DNA of 55,444 bases, from the NCBI GenBank assembly GCA_043801485.1, contig JAZDLY010000168.1:1-55444 (forward strand), written 5' to 3'. Below the pieces are notes generated by a model. That model worked only from the letters and a program-made list of their open reading frames with translations, was not told the origin of the DNA and made no database searches. The position numbers and the translations under genes are program-made. This stretch comes from Candidatus Omnitrophota bacterium. Its GTDB lineage: Bacteria > Omnitrophota > Gorgyraeia > Velamenicoccales > Velamenicoccaceae. This document shows positions 36,070 to 44,775 of the stretch, in pieces. Position 1 is the stretch's first letter. The number at the start of each line of letters is the position of its first letter.

Positions 36070-36085
36070 TTCCCATCTCCCGCTT
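36070..36085 (+). repeat. Echo of the tRNA-Gly 3' end (ATTCCCATCTCCCGCT)
   Basis: 16/16 identical to 35931-35946. Preceded by the module-A-like TGCACC-TTCG-GTGCA. Confidence 0.85.
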
Positions 36086-36109
36086 GATTTCCCGTGAAAT
36101 TGCTTACGT

Positions 36110-36138
36110 TGACTTGCCCCATCGCGTGTGTTAGCATA
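36110..36138 (+). promoter_or_regulatory. Putative promoter TTGACT-17-TAGCAT 5 nt upstream of the kinase ATG
   Basis: Good -35 and spacing, no SD. ATG 36144 lies at the expected +1 region. Confidence 0.4.
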
Positions 36139-36143
36139 CGCCT

Positions 36144-39100
36144 ATGAAGCCGTTCCTGAATCTGGATTTCGTTTACACCTTCACCACAAGTGCCTTTTTC
36201 TTTCTAGGCACGTCCTGCCTGGTTTTCTATTTCCGCTCGAAGGGTAAAAAGACCTTGCCTTGGCTGTGGCTGGGTTGTTTCGGTTTTGCGTACAGCCTTA
36301 ATGAATTTCTGGACATGGTTGCCTTTTTGTTCGTGGATCCACGTTTTTTGCTGATTCAGCGATCTTTTGTTCTAGGGGTTTCTTTTTTGTGTCTTTTGGA
36401 GTTTGCGCGTCGGTCAAGCCTTGTCTTGGGGAGGATACGGGTCAGGCCGAGAATTTATATTCCGATCTTTTTGTTTCTGGGGTTGGGTTTTTGGAACCAG
36501 CAGTATGAAGATTTAAACATTTTTATCCGGTATATGCTTGGGTTTCCGGCGTCAATCTGGACGGCATGTGTTTTTTGGCTCTTTAGCCAGCGGAAAGAAA
36601 CGGCTGAATCAACTCAGGTCTATCGGGTGATTTCCATTTTATTTTTTGGATACGGTGTTGCGTCAGGACTGGTTGGGCCTCAGGCAGATTTTTGGCCAGC
36701 GACCTTTATTCATCAAAAGGCCTTTTTCGAATGGACCCACATGCCGATCCAGTTGGTCCGCGGGCTTTTGATTTCCGCGATCGCTTTTATGCTGATGCAC
36801 CAGTCGACTCGGATGTCCTGGCTTGTGGACTTGCCCCGGCATCGGCCGAAACCTATCAAATTCATCCTGTTCTCGTTTCTGGTCATGTATGTTGCTTTCT
36901 TATTCGCTGGTTCCTTGTTGGTCTCGACCGTCGATCGGCACGAACGAAGCCATTTGAAGAAACTTATTCTTTCGGATGCTCAGATTCTTGCGCATGCGCT
37001 GGGAGATCTGGATTTTGAAAGCTTCGCGGCTACGCGAGGGGAATCCGTCTACCGGACCTATCGCAATCTGCATAGCCGGATGCTGGTTTTGGCCGAACTG
37101 TCTCCTCTGATCAAATCCGTCTATCTTGTTTCGTTTGATAACGGACGTCCCAGCTTTGCCGTTGGAAGCCTGCCTCAGGTTTATCCGGGTGACGTTGTTC
37201 CTTCGTTTGGCGCCAGGATTCCGCAAAAGGCCCTCAAGGACGCACGCCATTCCAAAAAGCCGACGACGTTTGGTCCTTACGAAGACCGTCAAGGCCGCCA
37301 GGTTTTTTCGCTTTTCGTCCCCCTGGCTCACAAACACGATCAGGACGTGAGCCTCCTCGGCCTGGATCTCGGAGGGTTGAATTGGCAGCGGCAGCTTGCC
37401 AAATTCAGGTTCAATGCCCTTTTGATCGTATTGGTCTTTCTTGCGTTTTTGATCATCGGCTATTCGTTGCTTGCGACCTATGCTTTAAAAAATCAGGAGC
37501 TGGAAATCCAGAAGAAGAACTTAGATGAAGCATTGTTGCTTTTGAAAGAAGCCCGGGACGAGCTGGCCCGGTCCGAAGAGACGTTCCGCGGCATTCTCAA
37601 CAATTCCCCCAATGCCATTTTTGGATTTGACCGCGACCTGAAACTGATTTTCTGGAATAACGGCGCAGAGCGTCTTTACGGTTATTCCAAAAAAGAAGTG
37701 ATCAATGAACGCAATCCAGTCCTGAGTAAGAAAATGACCGATGTTTTCGGCAGCACAGAACTGGAGTTCGCTGTGGGAAAAATATTTACCGGCCAGGCGG
37801 TTCACAGCGAGATGCTCCACAACAAAAAACAGGGCAGCGTTGACGTGATTCTGACGATGTTTCCTGTCAAGGATCCCCAGGGGCACATTCTTTTCGGCAT
37901 GGGGTTGTCGCAGGACGTCTCCGACCAAAAGCGAACGGTGGAACTCTTGAAATATGAACGCCTGCTTTCCAAAAATATCATTGATTCCATCAGCGAAGAA
38001 TTGATGATTTTAGACTGCCAGACCAAAAAAATCCTGGACGTTAACAAAGAATTTTTAGAGAACTATCATTTGTCCAAAGAAGAGGTTGTCGGAAAAATCT
38101 GTCGTGATTTTACCCACCACGAAACGCCAACGTGCGATGCCTGTGGCATCAAGGATGTTCTGGATGGGCGCACGGTTTCCACGACGCACAAACACAAGAA
38201 TCATTCCACGGGACAGGAGATCTATTGCGACGTGACACTTTCTCCTCTGAGGGATGAGAACGGCAAAATCATCGGGGTGATTCATTTGGCCAAAGATGTC
38301 ACGGATCGCAAACACCTGGAGGATCAACTCAGACAACATTCCGAGAGCCTGGAGACCCAGGTGAAGGATCGGACAAAAGCATTGCAGGAGTCGGAATCCA
38401 AGTATCGTAGATTATTTGAAGCATCCCAAGACGGCATATTTATTCTGGATGCGTCCAGCGGTATCATCCTGGACGTCAATCCGTACTTTCTTAAACTACT
38501 GGGATTTGCGTGCGATGAGATCGTTGGGAAAAAAATATGGGAAATTTCTCCCCTGAAAGACGTCTTGTCCAACAAAATAAAATTCGAGGAATTGAAGAAC
38601 AAAAAATATGTCCGATATGATGACTTGTCCATTGAAACCAAAGAAGGCAAGTTGATTGAGGTGGAATTCGTCAGCAATGTGTATGATGTCAACACACATA
38701 CCGTTGTTCAGTGCAATATCCGTGATATTACCGAACAAAGGAAACTCGAAAAGATCAAAACGGAATTTGTCTCGATGGTGTCCCATGAATTGCGCACACC
38801 CCTGTCGGCCATCAAGGAGGGGGTTGAGATTGTTGCCGATGGCACTCAAGGAAAATTAAATAAATCCCAGCATGAATGTCTCGGGATTGCGCTTTCCAAC
38901 ATCAAACGTCTCAATCGCCTGATCGGCGATATCCTGGATATTTCTAAGATTCAGTCAAAACTATTAAAGATTGACACCAAAGCGTGTGATCTTTATGATG
39001 TGGTTGAACAGGTTTATAACCTGGTCAAAATCGAAATCGAAAAACGGGGCCTTGACTTTGCGATAGATCTGGAGAAGAACCTTCCGGTTGTCATTGGGGA

Positions 39101-39437
39101 CAAAGATCGCCTGATTCAGGTTTTGTTGAATTTGTTGAACAACGCCGTTAAGTTCACACGCGAACATAGCAAAATTACGCTTGCGGCGCGTCGGTCCGGT
39201 GATTTTATAGAGTTGTCGGTGACCGACGAAGGCGCAGGGATTCCGCTGGATGCGCTGGAGCGGTTGTTCGGCCGTTTTGTCCAGCTGGACAGCACGTTGG
39301 TGCGACGCGTTGGCGGAACGGGGCTGGGGCTCTATATTTCCAGGAATTTGGTTGAGGCCATGGGGGGAAAGATTTGGGCTGAATCGACTCTGGGGCATGG
39401 CGCGATATTTCATTTTACGGTTCCGATCAAACAGTGA
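36144..39437 (+). CDS. Multi-TM, multi-PAS sensor histidine kinase
   Basis: 1097 aa. N-terminal polytopic membrane region, a periplasmic-like segment, a second TM, three PAS-like repeats, H-box SHELRTPL, N/G boxes NLLNNAVKFT and GTGLGLYISR. Confidence 0.9.
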   Translation: MKPFLNLDFVYTFTTSAFFFLGTSCLVFYFRSKGKKTLPWLWLGCFGFAYSLNEFLDMVAFLFVDPRFLLIQRSFVLGVSFLCLLEFARRSSLVLGRIRVRPRIYIPIFLFLGLGFWNQQYEDLNIFIRYMLGFPASIWTACVFWLFSQRKETAESTQVYRVISILFFGYGVASGLVGPQADFWPATFIHQKAFFEWTHMPIQLVRGLLISAIAFMLMHQSTRMSWLVDLPRHRPKPIKFILFSFLVMYVAFLFAGSLLVSTVDRHERSHLKKLILSDAQILAHALGDLDFESFAATRGESVYRTYRNLHSRMLVLAELSPLIKSVYLVSFDNGRPSFAVGSLPQVYPGDVVPSFGARIPQKALKDARHSKKPTTFGPYEDRQGRQVFSLFVPLAHKHDQDVSLLGLDLGGLNWQRQLAKFRFNALLIVLVFLAFLIIGYSLLATYALKNQELEIQKKNLDEALLLLKEARDELARSEETFRGILNNSPNAIFGFDRDLKLIFWNNGAERLYGYSKKEVINERNPVLSKKMTDVFGSTELEFAVGKIFTGQAVHSEMLHNKKQGSVDVILTMFPVKDPQGHILFGMGLSQDVSDQKRTVELLKYERLLSKNIIDSISEELMILDCQTKKILDVNKEFLENYHLSKEEVVGKICRDFTHHETPTCDACGIKDVLDGRTVSTTHKHKNHSTGQEIYCDVTLSPLRDENGKIIGVIHLAKDVTDRKHLEDQLRQHSESLETQVKDRTKALQESESKYRRLFEASQDGIFILDASSGIILDVNPYFLKLLGFACDEIVGKKIWEISPLKDVLSNKIKFEELKNKKYVRYDDLSIETKEGKLIEVEFVSNVYDVNTHTVVQCNIRDITEQRKLEKIKTEFVSMVSHELRTPLSAIKEGVEIVADGTQGKLNKSQHECLGIALSNIKRLNRLIGDILDISKIQSKLLKIDTKACDLYDVVEQVYNLVKIEIEKRGLDFAIDLEKNLPVVIGDKDRLIQVLLNLLNNAVKFTREHSKITLAARRSGDFIELSVTDEGAGIPLDALERLFGRFVQLDSTLVRRVGGTGLGLYISRNLVEAMGGKIWAESTLGHGAIFHFTVPIKQ

Positions 39438-39438
39438 G

Positions 39439-39837
39439 ATGACGGACGCAAAAAAGACTATTTTGATTATTGACGACGAGGTCGGGCTTCGCAATTTGTT
39501 GAAGTTCAGGCTCGTTTCGTTTGGCTACGATGTTTTGGTGGCCGAGGACGGCTACGCGGGGCTGGAGCTGGCCAGGACCAAAAAGCCGGACCTGGTTCTT
39601 TTGGACATCATGATGCCGTATTTCAACGGCATCGAAGTTTGTAAAAAATTAAAATCAGATTACAAAACCAGGGAAATTCCGATCGTGTTCTTGAGCGTCC
39701 TTGCCCAAAAAGAAGATATCGAGATGGGCAAGGAAGCGGGTGCGGAATTTTTCTTGACCAAACCCTATGATCCGGAAAAACTGGATCTGGTCATCCGCAT
39801 GGCCCTGAAGAGCGACACGGAACCAAAACAGACTTAA
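39439..39837 (+). CDS. Stand-alone receiver (CheY-like) response regulator 1
   Basis: ILIIDDE, LVLLDIMMPYFNG, LTKP. ATG 39439 follows the kinase stop by 2 nt. Confidence 0.88.
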   Translation: MTDAKKTILIIDDEVGLRNLLKFRLVSFGYDVLVAEDGYAGLELARTKKPDLVLLDIMMPYFNGIEVCKKLKSDYKTREIPIVFLSVLAQKEDIEMGKEAGAEFFLTKPYDPEKLDLVIRMALKSDTEPKQT

Positions 39838-39849
39838 GAAGGAGAAGAG

Positions 39850-40233
39850 ATGGTTGATAAGAGAAGAATTCTCATTGTTGACGATGAACCAGATGTGCTC
39901 ATACTTTTGGGAGAACGATTGAGCAAGGCCGGCTATGAAGTGTTGAAGGCAAGCTCAGGGCAGGAAGCCATTGATTCTGCGGTAAAAAACGCCCCGGACC
40001 TGGTGATCCTGGATATCGCGATGCCCGGCATGGACGGTTCGGAGACCGCAACCATCTTGCGCAGCGAGTCCAAAACCAAAGATATTCCTATTTTATTTTT
40101 AACGTGTCTTTTCACCAAGCACGAAGAAAAGGTTTGCGGCCATTTGCTGGGTCAAAATTTCTTCATCGCAAAGCCCTACGACGCCACGGAACTTTTGAGC
40201 GAAATCGATAAACGGGTGAATGAGCCTAAGTAA
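39850..40233 (+). CDS. Stand-alone receiver response regulator 2
   Basis: ILIVDDEPD, LVILDIAMPGMDG, FLTCLFTK, IAKPY. Paralogue of the next gene. Confidence 0.88.
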   Translation: MVDKRRILIVDDEPDVLILLGERLSKAGYEVLKASSGQEAIDSAVKNAPDLVILDIAMPGMDGSETATILRSESKTKDIPILFLTCLFTKHEEKVCGHLLGQNFFIAKPYDATELLSEIDKRVNEPK

Positions 40234-40251
40234 ATCACAAGGGGGTTTGCC

Positions 40252-40635
40252 ATGGCCAGAAAAAAAATTCTAGCGGTTGACGATGAACAGGAAGTCCTCA
40301 GGCTTTTGGAAAAGAGGTTGCTTTCCTCCGGCTACGATGTTTTGACCGCCACAAACGGACAAGACGCCATCGATATTGCTCGTCGGGAACAGCCACATTT
40401 GATCGTCCTGGACATCTTGATGCCGGGTTTGGACGGCTCAGAAACCGCCGCGCGCCTGCATGCGGACCCTAAAACAAAAAGCATCCCGGTCCTCTTTTTG
40501 ACGTGTTTGTTTACCAAGCGAGAAGAGTTGAACGAAGGGCATGAGGTCGGTCACAACTTTTTTGTGGCCAAGCCCTATGAGCCTACGGACCTCATTGAAG
40601 AAATCGTGCGCATCATCGGACGCAGCCCCTTTTAA
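40252..40635 (+). CDS. Stand-alone receiver response regulator 3
   Basis: ILAVDDEQE, LIVLDILMPGLDG, FLTCLFTK, VAKPY. Confidence 0.88.
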   Translation: MARKKILAVDDEQEVLRLLEKRLLSSGYDVLTATNGQDAIDIARREQPHLIVLDILMPGLDGSETAARLHADPKTKSIPVLFLTCLFTKREELNEGHEVGHNFFVAKPYEPTDLIEEIVRIIGRSPF

Positions 40636-40645
40636 ACTATAAAAA

Positions 40646-41392
40646 ATGTCAGAATTTTTGGAACCAGTTTTTATCGATGCCTTTGACCTGGATGATGCGT
40701 GGTTTCAGACGCTGTGCGCCATTCTGGAAAAAGGCAAGGTTTACACCATTACCCGGGGCAGCTACAAAGGCGCCAAGCGGCTGGAGTTTGATTTTGTGGT
40801 TGTTCGGACGCGCAAACCCTCGCATCAGATCATTCCGTTGATTCCCGAAGGCTTGAACATTCCGGCGCCCACGGATATGGATTATATCCAGGGATACTTG
40901 TCGTATCTCTTGACAGGGGCCAAAACCGAGACCGAAGATTATACCTATGGCGAGCGTTTGGTGGACCCCAAAGTGCGTATCAAGGAACAACAAGACGGTC
41001 GCCAGATGATCCGGGAAATCTCTCTTAACGTCAATCAGGTGGAAGAAGTGATCCGCATGTACAAAGAGGAGGGATTCGGCACGAATCAGGCTGTCATGGA
41101 GATCGGAATGCCTTCGGATATCGTTTTGGCGGATCCGCCGTGCCTGAGGCTCATCGACACAAAGATCCGCGACAACAAACTGCATTTTATTTTATATTTT
41201 CGTTCGTGGGACCTTTGGGGCGGTTTCCCGTCGAATTTGGGCGGACTGCAGTTGGTCAAACAGTACATGGCAGAGTCCATCGGTGTTGACGATGGAGAGA
41301 TGGTCGCTGTTTCCAAAGGGCTGCACCTCTATGATTACTCCTGGGAGGTGGCTAAGCTTCGTACCAAAAAGACAGACAAAAGCATTGCATAA
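40646..41392 (+). CDS. Thymidylate synthase (ThyA) superfamily protein, short archaeal-like form
   Basis: DPPCLRLIDTKIRDNKLHFILYFRSWDLWGGFPSNL aligns by eye with the ThyA core LPPCH......KL...LYQRS.D..LG.PFN. The catalytic Cys, Arg-Ser, Asp and Asn are kept. Confidence 0.7.
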   Translation: MSEFLEPVFIDAFDLDDAWFQTLCAILEKGKVYTITRGSYKGAKRLEFDFVVVRTRKPSHQIIPLIPEGLNIPAPTDMDYIQGYLSYLLTGAKTETEDYTYGERLVDPKVRIKEQQDGRQMIREISLNVNQVEEVIRMYKEEGFGTNQAVMEIGMPSDIVLADPPCLRLIDTKIRDNKLHFILYFRSWDLWGGFPSNLGGLQLVKQYMAESIGVDDGEMVAVSKGLHLYDYSWEVAKLRTKKTDKSIA

Positions 41393-41412
41393 AAGCTCAC
41401 CTCGATCATTGC

Positions 41413-43458
41413 ATGGATAAGCCCACCTTTCTTTTCGACAAATCCCTGATTTTTCGTCAAATTCCCCTGTTTTCCAATCTCAATTTATTTGAAAGACGCT
41501 TCGTCTACGATGTCCTGGAAATCGTCGAGGTCAAACAAGGGGAGTTGATCTATCGGCAAAACGATCCGGCGGATGCCTTGTATTGCATCGTGACCGGCCG
41601 GGTTCAGATTTTTATTGAAAAGGAACACCGGGAGCAAGTCCTGGAATATCTGCATCGGGGCAAATACTTCGGTTTTATTTCGCTTTTGACTGGAGAGGCG
41701 CATTCGGTCAGCGCGCGCGCCCTGACGGATACGGTGCTGGCCAAAATTCCCAAAGAGGCCTTCCAGGCCATATTGAAAAGTATTCCTCGCCTTGCCATTG
41801 ATTTGAGCCAAATGCTCTCCCGCCGGCTCAAACGCAAAGATTATCATCCGAAATCCATTTTTGAAAGCACCATTCTGGGGACATACAGTGACGAGTCACT
41901 TGCATTTGACAACCATCTGTATGCGTTGAATCTGGCCTATGGGTTAAAAAATCAGACGCAAAAATCCATCATTTTGGTGGATGTCGGACCGCAGCCTTCT
42001 GTGGTCAGCCAAGCCTTGGGGATGGCGTCCCTGGAGGGCATGACGGTTGCAGAACGTCTGTTGCATTACGAAGACGTTGCCAAAGCGATTGTCCACGATG
42101 CCTTCGGCATAGATGTTTTGCGACTGCGCTGGGAGGTTGATAACCGGCCGACAGTTCCGTTTTTGGTGTCTTTGTTGACCATGTTGGTCAATGATTATCA
42201 TTTTTGTCTGGTTTCGCTGACGTCTCGTTTTGGCCCCGATGCCTTTAAAATCCTGTCTCAGGCGGACGCGATTCATATTTTGACGCCGCCGGAGCCCGCT
42301 GCCATGAAAGAAATGTCTTTAAATCTGGGAGAGATCGGCGTATGGATGGACGCCGAGTTAAAGCGAAAACTGAAATGGATCGTTTTGGAAGAAGAGACGC
42401 AGCGCAGGAAGGGACCGGCGCTTTTCAAAAAACGCGATGCCCTGGCTTACCACGCCCCGGTCTACGCGACGTTGCCGGCTTTGAAAGACAAGAAACCCGT
42501 CATTATGACCGAGGATTTCGCCAGTCCCTATGCCAGGGTGATCAGAAGGATTTCCCGTCAGGTTGGCGAAGTTTTGGTCGGTCTGGCATTGGGCAGTGGT
42601 TCGGCCATGGGCTTGTCGCATATCGGCGTCCTGAAAGTTTTGGAACAGGAAGGCATCCCCATTGATCTTGTGGTGGGTTCCAGTATGGGGGCGCTCATTG
42701 GCGCCTTGTGGTGTTCGGGTTACAGCGCCGAAGAGGTCCAGGACATTATCGTAAAAAACAAGAATAAAAAATATATTTTTGGTCTGGATGATTTGACATT
42801 TCCTCTGCATGGCTTGATCAAGGGCAAGCACATCACGCGCTTTCTGACGAAATATCTGGGAGAAAAAACCTTTTTTGACGTCAAGCGGCCTTTTAAGATC
42901 GTGGCTTGCGATTGCATGAACATGCGCCAGGTTGTTTTTGAAACAGGCCGCCTACGGGATGCCGTTTTGGCTTCCATCGCCATCCCAGGTGTCTTTTCTC
43001 CGTATAGGATCCGAGATCGTTATTATATCGATGGCGGCATTCTGAACCCGTTGCCGACCAATGTGCTGGTGGAAGCGGGCGCGAAAAAAATCATCGCGGT
43101 CAACGTCCTACCAAATTCCGCAGATATTGAGAGAACGTATGAGCTTCTGAGTAAAAGAGAGCCGACGTTTTCCAAACACTTTCGATTCCTCAAGAAAGCT
43201 GTTTTCAAAGGCCAGAAAAAAGTATCCAGGTTCTTTCAGCCCAATATTTTCGATGTCATTGTTTCAAGTGTTCAATCCATCGAATATTCCCTGGCGCAAT
43301 TGAGCAGCCTCAGTCAATCGGATGTCACGCTCCACCCAGACATGACCGGTGTCCACTGGGCTGCTTTTGATCAAGTCTCTGATCTTGTCAAGCGGGGAGA
43401 AGACGAAGCCCACCTCCATTTGACTGAAATCAAAGAGCTTTTGAGCCAGTCTTTTTAA
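41413..43458 (+). CDS. cNMP-binding domain / patatin-like phospholipase fusion (NTE/RssA-like)
   Basis: N-terminal cyclic-nucleotide-binding fold (GELIYRQNDPADALYCIVTGRV..GKYFG), a central unassigned region of about 200 aa, and patatin motifs GLALGSGSAMG, GSSMG and DGG. Confidence 0.85.
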   Translation: MDKPTFLFDKSLIFRQIPLFSNLNLFERRFVYDVLEIVEVKQGELIYRQNDPADALYCIVTGRVQIFIEKEHREQVLEYLHRGKYFGFISLLTGEAHSVSARALTDTVLAKIPKEAFQAILKSIPRLAIDLSQMLSRRLKRKDYHPKSIFESTILGTYSDESLAFDNHLYALNLAYGLKNQTQKSIILVDVGPQPSVVSQALGMASLEGMTVAERLLHYEDVAKAIVHDAFGIDVLRLRWEVDNRPTVPFLVSLLTMLVNDYHFCLVSLTSRFGPDAFKILSQADAIHILTPPEPAAMKEMSLNLGEIGVWMDAELKRKLKWIVLEEETQRRKGPALFKKRDALAYHAPVYATLPALKDKKPVIMTEDFASPYARVIRRISRQVGEVLVGLALGSGSAMGLSHIGVLKVLEQEGIPIDLVVGSSMGALIGALWCSGYSAEEVQDIIVKNKNKKYIFGLDDLTFPLHGLIKGKHITRFLTKYLGEKTFFDVKRPFKIVACDCMNMRQVVFETGRLRDAVLASIAIPGVFSPYRIRDRYYIDGGILNPLPTNVLVEAGAKKIIAVNVLPNSADIERTYELLSKREPTFSKHFRFLKKAVFKGQKKVSRFFQPNIFDVIVSSVQSIEYSLAQLSSLSQSDVTLHPDMTGVHWAAFDQVSDLVKRGEDEAHLHLTEIKELLSQSF

Positions 43459-43462
43459 TCTG

Positions 43463-43491
43463 TTGACACAAAACCCCTCCTCGTGTAAAAT
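43463..43491 (+). promoter_or_regulatory. Putative strong promoter TTGACA-17-TAAAAT upstream of gpsA
   Basis: Consensus -35, 17-nt spacer and a near-consensus -10, 44 nt before ATG 43535. Confidence 0.5.
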
Positions 43492-43534
43492 ATTCTGTTA
43501 CTGAATCAACTTTTACGTAACTGTCTATAAATAA

Positions 43535-44533
43535 ATGAGTAAGGAACTGAAAAAAGTTTCTGTTATTGGGGATGGGGGGTGGGGGACAACGTTGGCAATC
43601 TTGTTGTCCCGCAAAGGAATTGATGTTACGCTTTGGAGCGCATTTCCGGCTTATGCGCGAATGTTGTCAAAAAAGCGGACAAATCCGAATTTTTTAAAGG
43701 GAATACGTATTCCCAAGGATATCAAGATTACCGCAAGCTTGAGAGAGGCGCTTTCGGCTGATTTGCTTGTTTTGGCAGTTCCTTCACAGTACCTAAGAAG
43801 CGTGCTTTCTAAAGCCCGGTTGCTCTATGATCGCGCGGTTCCTGTTGTCAGCGTTGTCAAGGGAATCGAGGATAAGACATTGTTGAGGATGTCGGAAGTC
43901 ATCAGGGATGTCTGGCGGCCAAAGCATGCCGCTGTTTTGTCCGGACCGACGATTGCCATGGAAGTAGTCTGTGGCATTCCCACTACGGCTGTTGTTGCCG
44001 CACACGATCAGAGTTTGATGCTGTCGCTTCAGGATTTGTTCATGTCGCCAACGTTTCGAATTTATACCAATAAGGACACAATCGGCGTTGAGCTCGGCGG
44101 AAGCCTGAAGAACATCATTGCCATTGCCTGTGGTATTTCCGATGGCCTTGGCTTCGGAACCAACACCAAAGCCGCAATCTTGTCACGGGGCTCCGCGGAG
44201 ATGGCCAGGCTGGGGATGAAGATGGGGGCTAAAAGAGAGACTTTTTTTGGTTTGAGTGGTTTGGGCGATCTGGTGACAACCTGTTTTAATCCTTTAAGCC
44301 GCAATCATTCGGTGGGTGAAAAGATTGGTCGCGGAGTGTCTTGGGAACGCATCAGGCGCTCTATGAAAATGGTGGCCGAAGGCGTGCCGACCGCAAAGGC
44401 AGCCCATGGGCTCGGGAAAAAATATAAAGTCGATTTGCCGATCACCAATGAAATTTACCAAGTGCTTTTTAAGAATCGATCGCCGAGAGAAGCCGTGAAG
44501 TCTTTGATGGCCAGGGGTAAAAAGGCTGAATGA
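43535..44533 (+). CDS. gpsA: NAD(P)H-dependent glycerol-3-phosphate dehydrogenase
   Basis: VIGDGGWGTTLA, LKNIIAIACG, GLGDL..TC. Confidence 0.95.
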   Translation: MSKELKKVSVIGDGGWGTTLAILLSRKGIDVTLWSAFPAYARMLSKKRTNPNFLKGIRIPKDIKITASLREALSADLLVLAVPSQYLRSVLSKARLLYDRAVPVVSVVKGIEDKTLLRMSEVIRDVWRPKHAAVLSGPTIAMEVVCGIPTTAVVAAHDQSLMLSLQDLFMSPTFRIYTNKDTIGVELGGSLKNIIAIACGISDGLGFGTNTKAAILSRGSAEMARLGMKMGAKRETFFGLSGLGDLVTTCFNPLSRNHSVGEKIGRGVSWERIRRSMKMVAEGVPTAKAAHGLGKKYKVDLPITNEIYQVLFKNRSPREAVKSLMARGKKAE

Positions 44534-44647
44534 ATCAAGCACCTTTATGTGTGCCATAGGCACATTTAGCGCATTCCTTGCGAGTGGAGCGAGCAAGGAT
44601 CGCCACAGCCAAAAAGATTGCGGGGACAATAAGAGAGTTTCGATTTA
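44534..44647. repeat. Module mosaic A-C after gpsA
   Basis: ATCAAGCACCTTTATGTGTGCC-ATA-GGCACATTTAGCG, TCCTTGC-GAGTGGAGCGAG-CAAGGA. Confidence 0.75.
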
Positions 44648-44721
44648 CGGGGAGTGGCTCAGCTTGGTAGAGCACCTGAATGGGGTTCAGGGGGTCAGCG
44701 GTTCAAGTCCGCTCTCCCCGA
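44648..44721 (+). tRNA. tRNA-Pro (GGG)
   Basis: CGGGGAG/CTCCCCG acceptor, CCTGA-ATGGGGT-TCAGG anticodon arm, AGCGG-TTCAAGT-CCGCT T arm. Confidence 0.9.
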
Positions 44722-44775
44722 CTTTATTGAGCACGTGACTTACGGAACGAAGTGAACGTAAGTCACTGTGCGAAA
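44720..44775 (+). repeat. 56-nt perfect direct repeat, copy 1 (begins in the last 2 nt of tRNA-Pro; contains module E)
   Basis: GACTTTATTGAGCACGTGACTTACGGAACGAAGTGAACGTAAGTCACTGTGCGAAA, identical to 44880-44935. Confidence 0.92.

Noticed and set aside
41413-43458. Pycsar/CBASS-type anti-phage effector (cNMP sensor + patatin).
   Set aside because: There is no nucleotide cyclase, CD-NTase or other defence gene adjacent. The flanks are housekeeping (thyA-like, gpsA). It is kept only as a low-interest architectural note.
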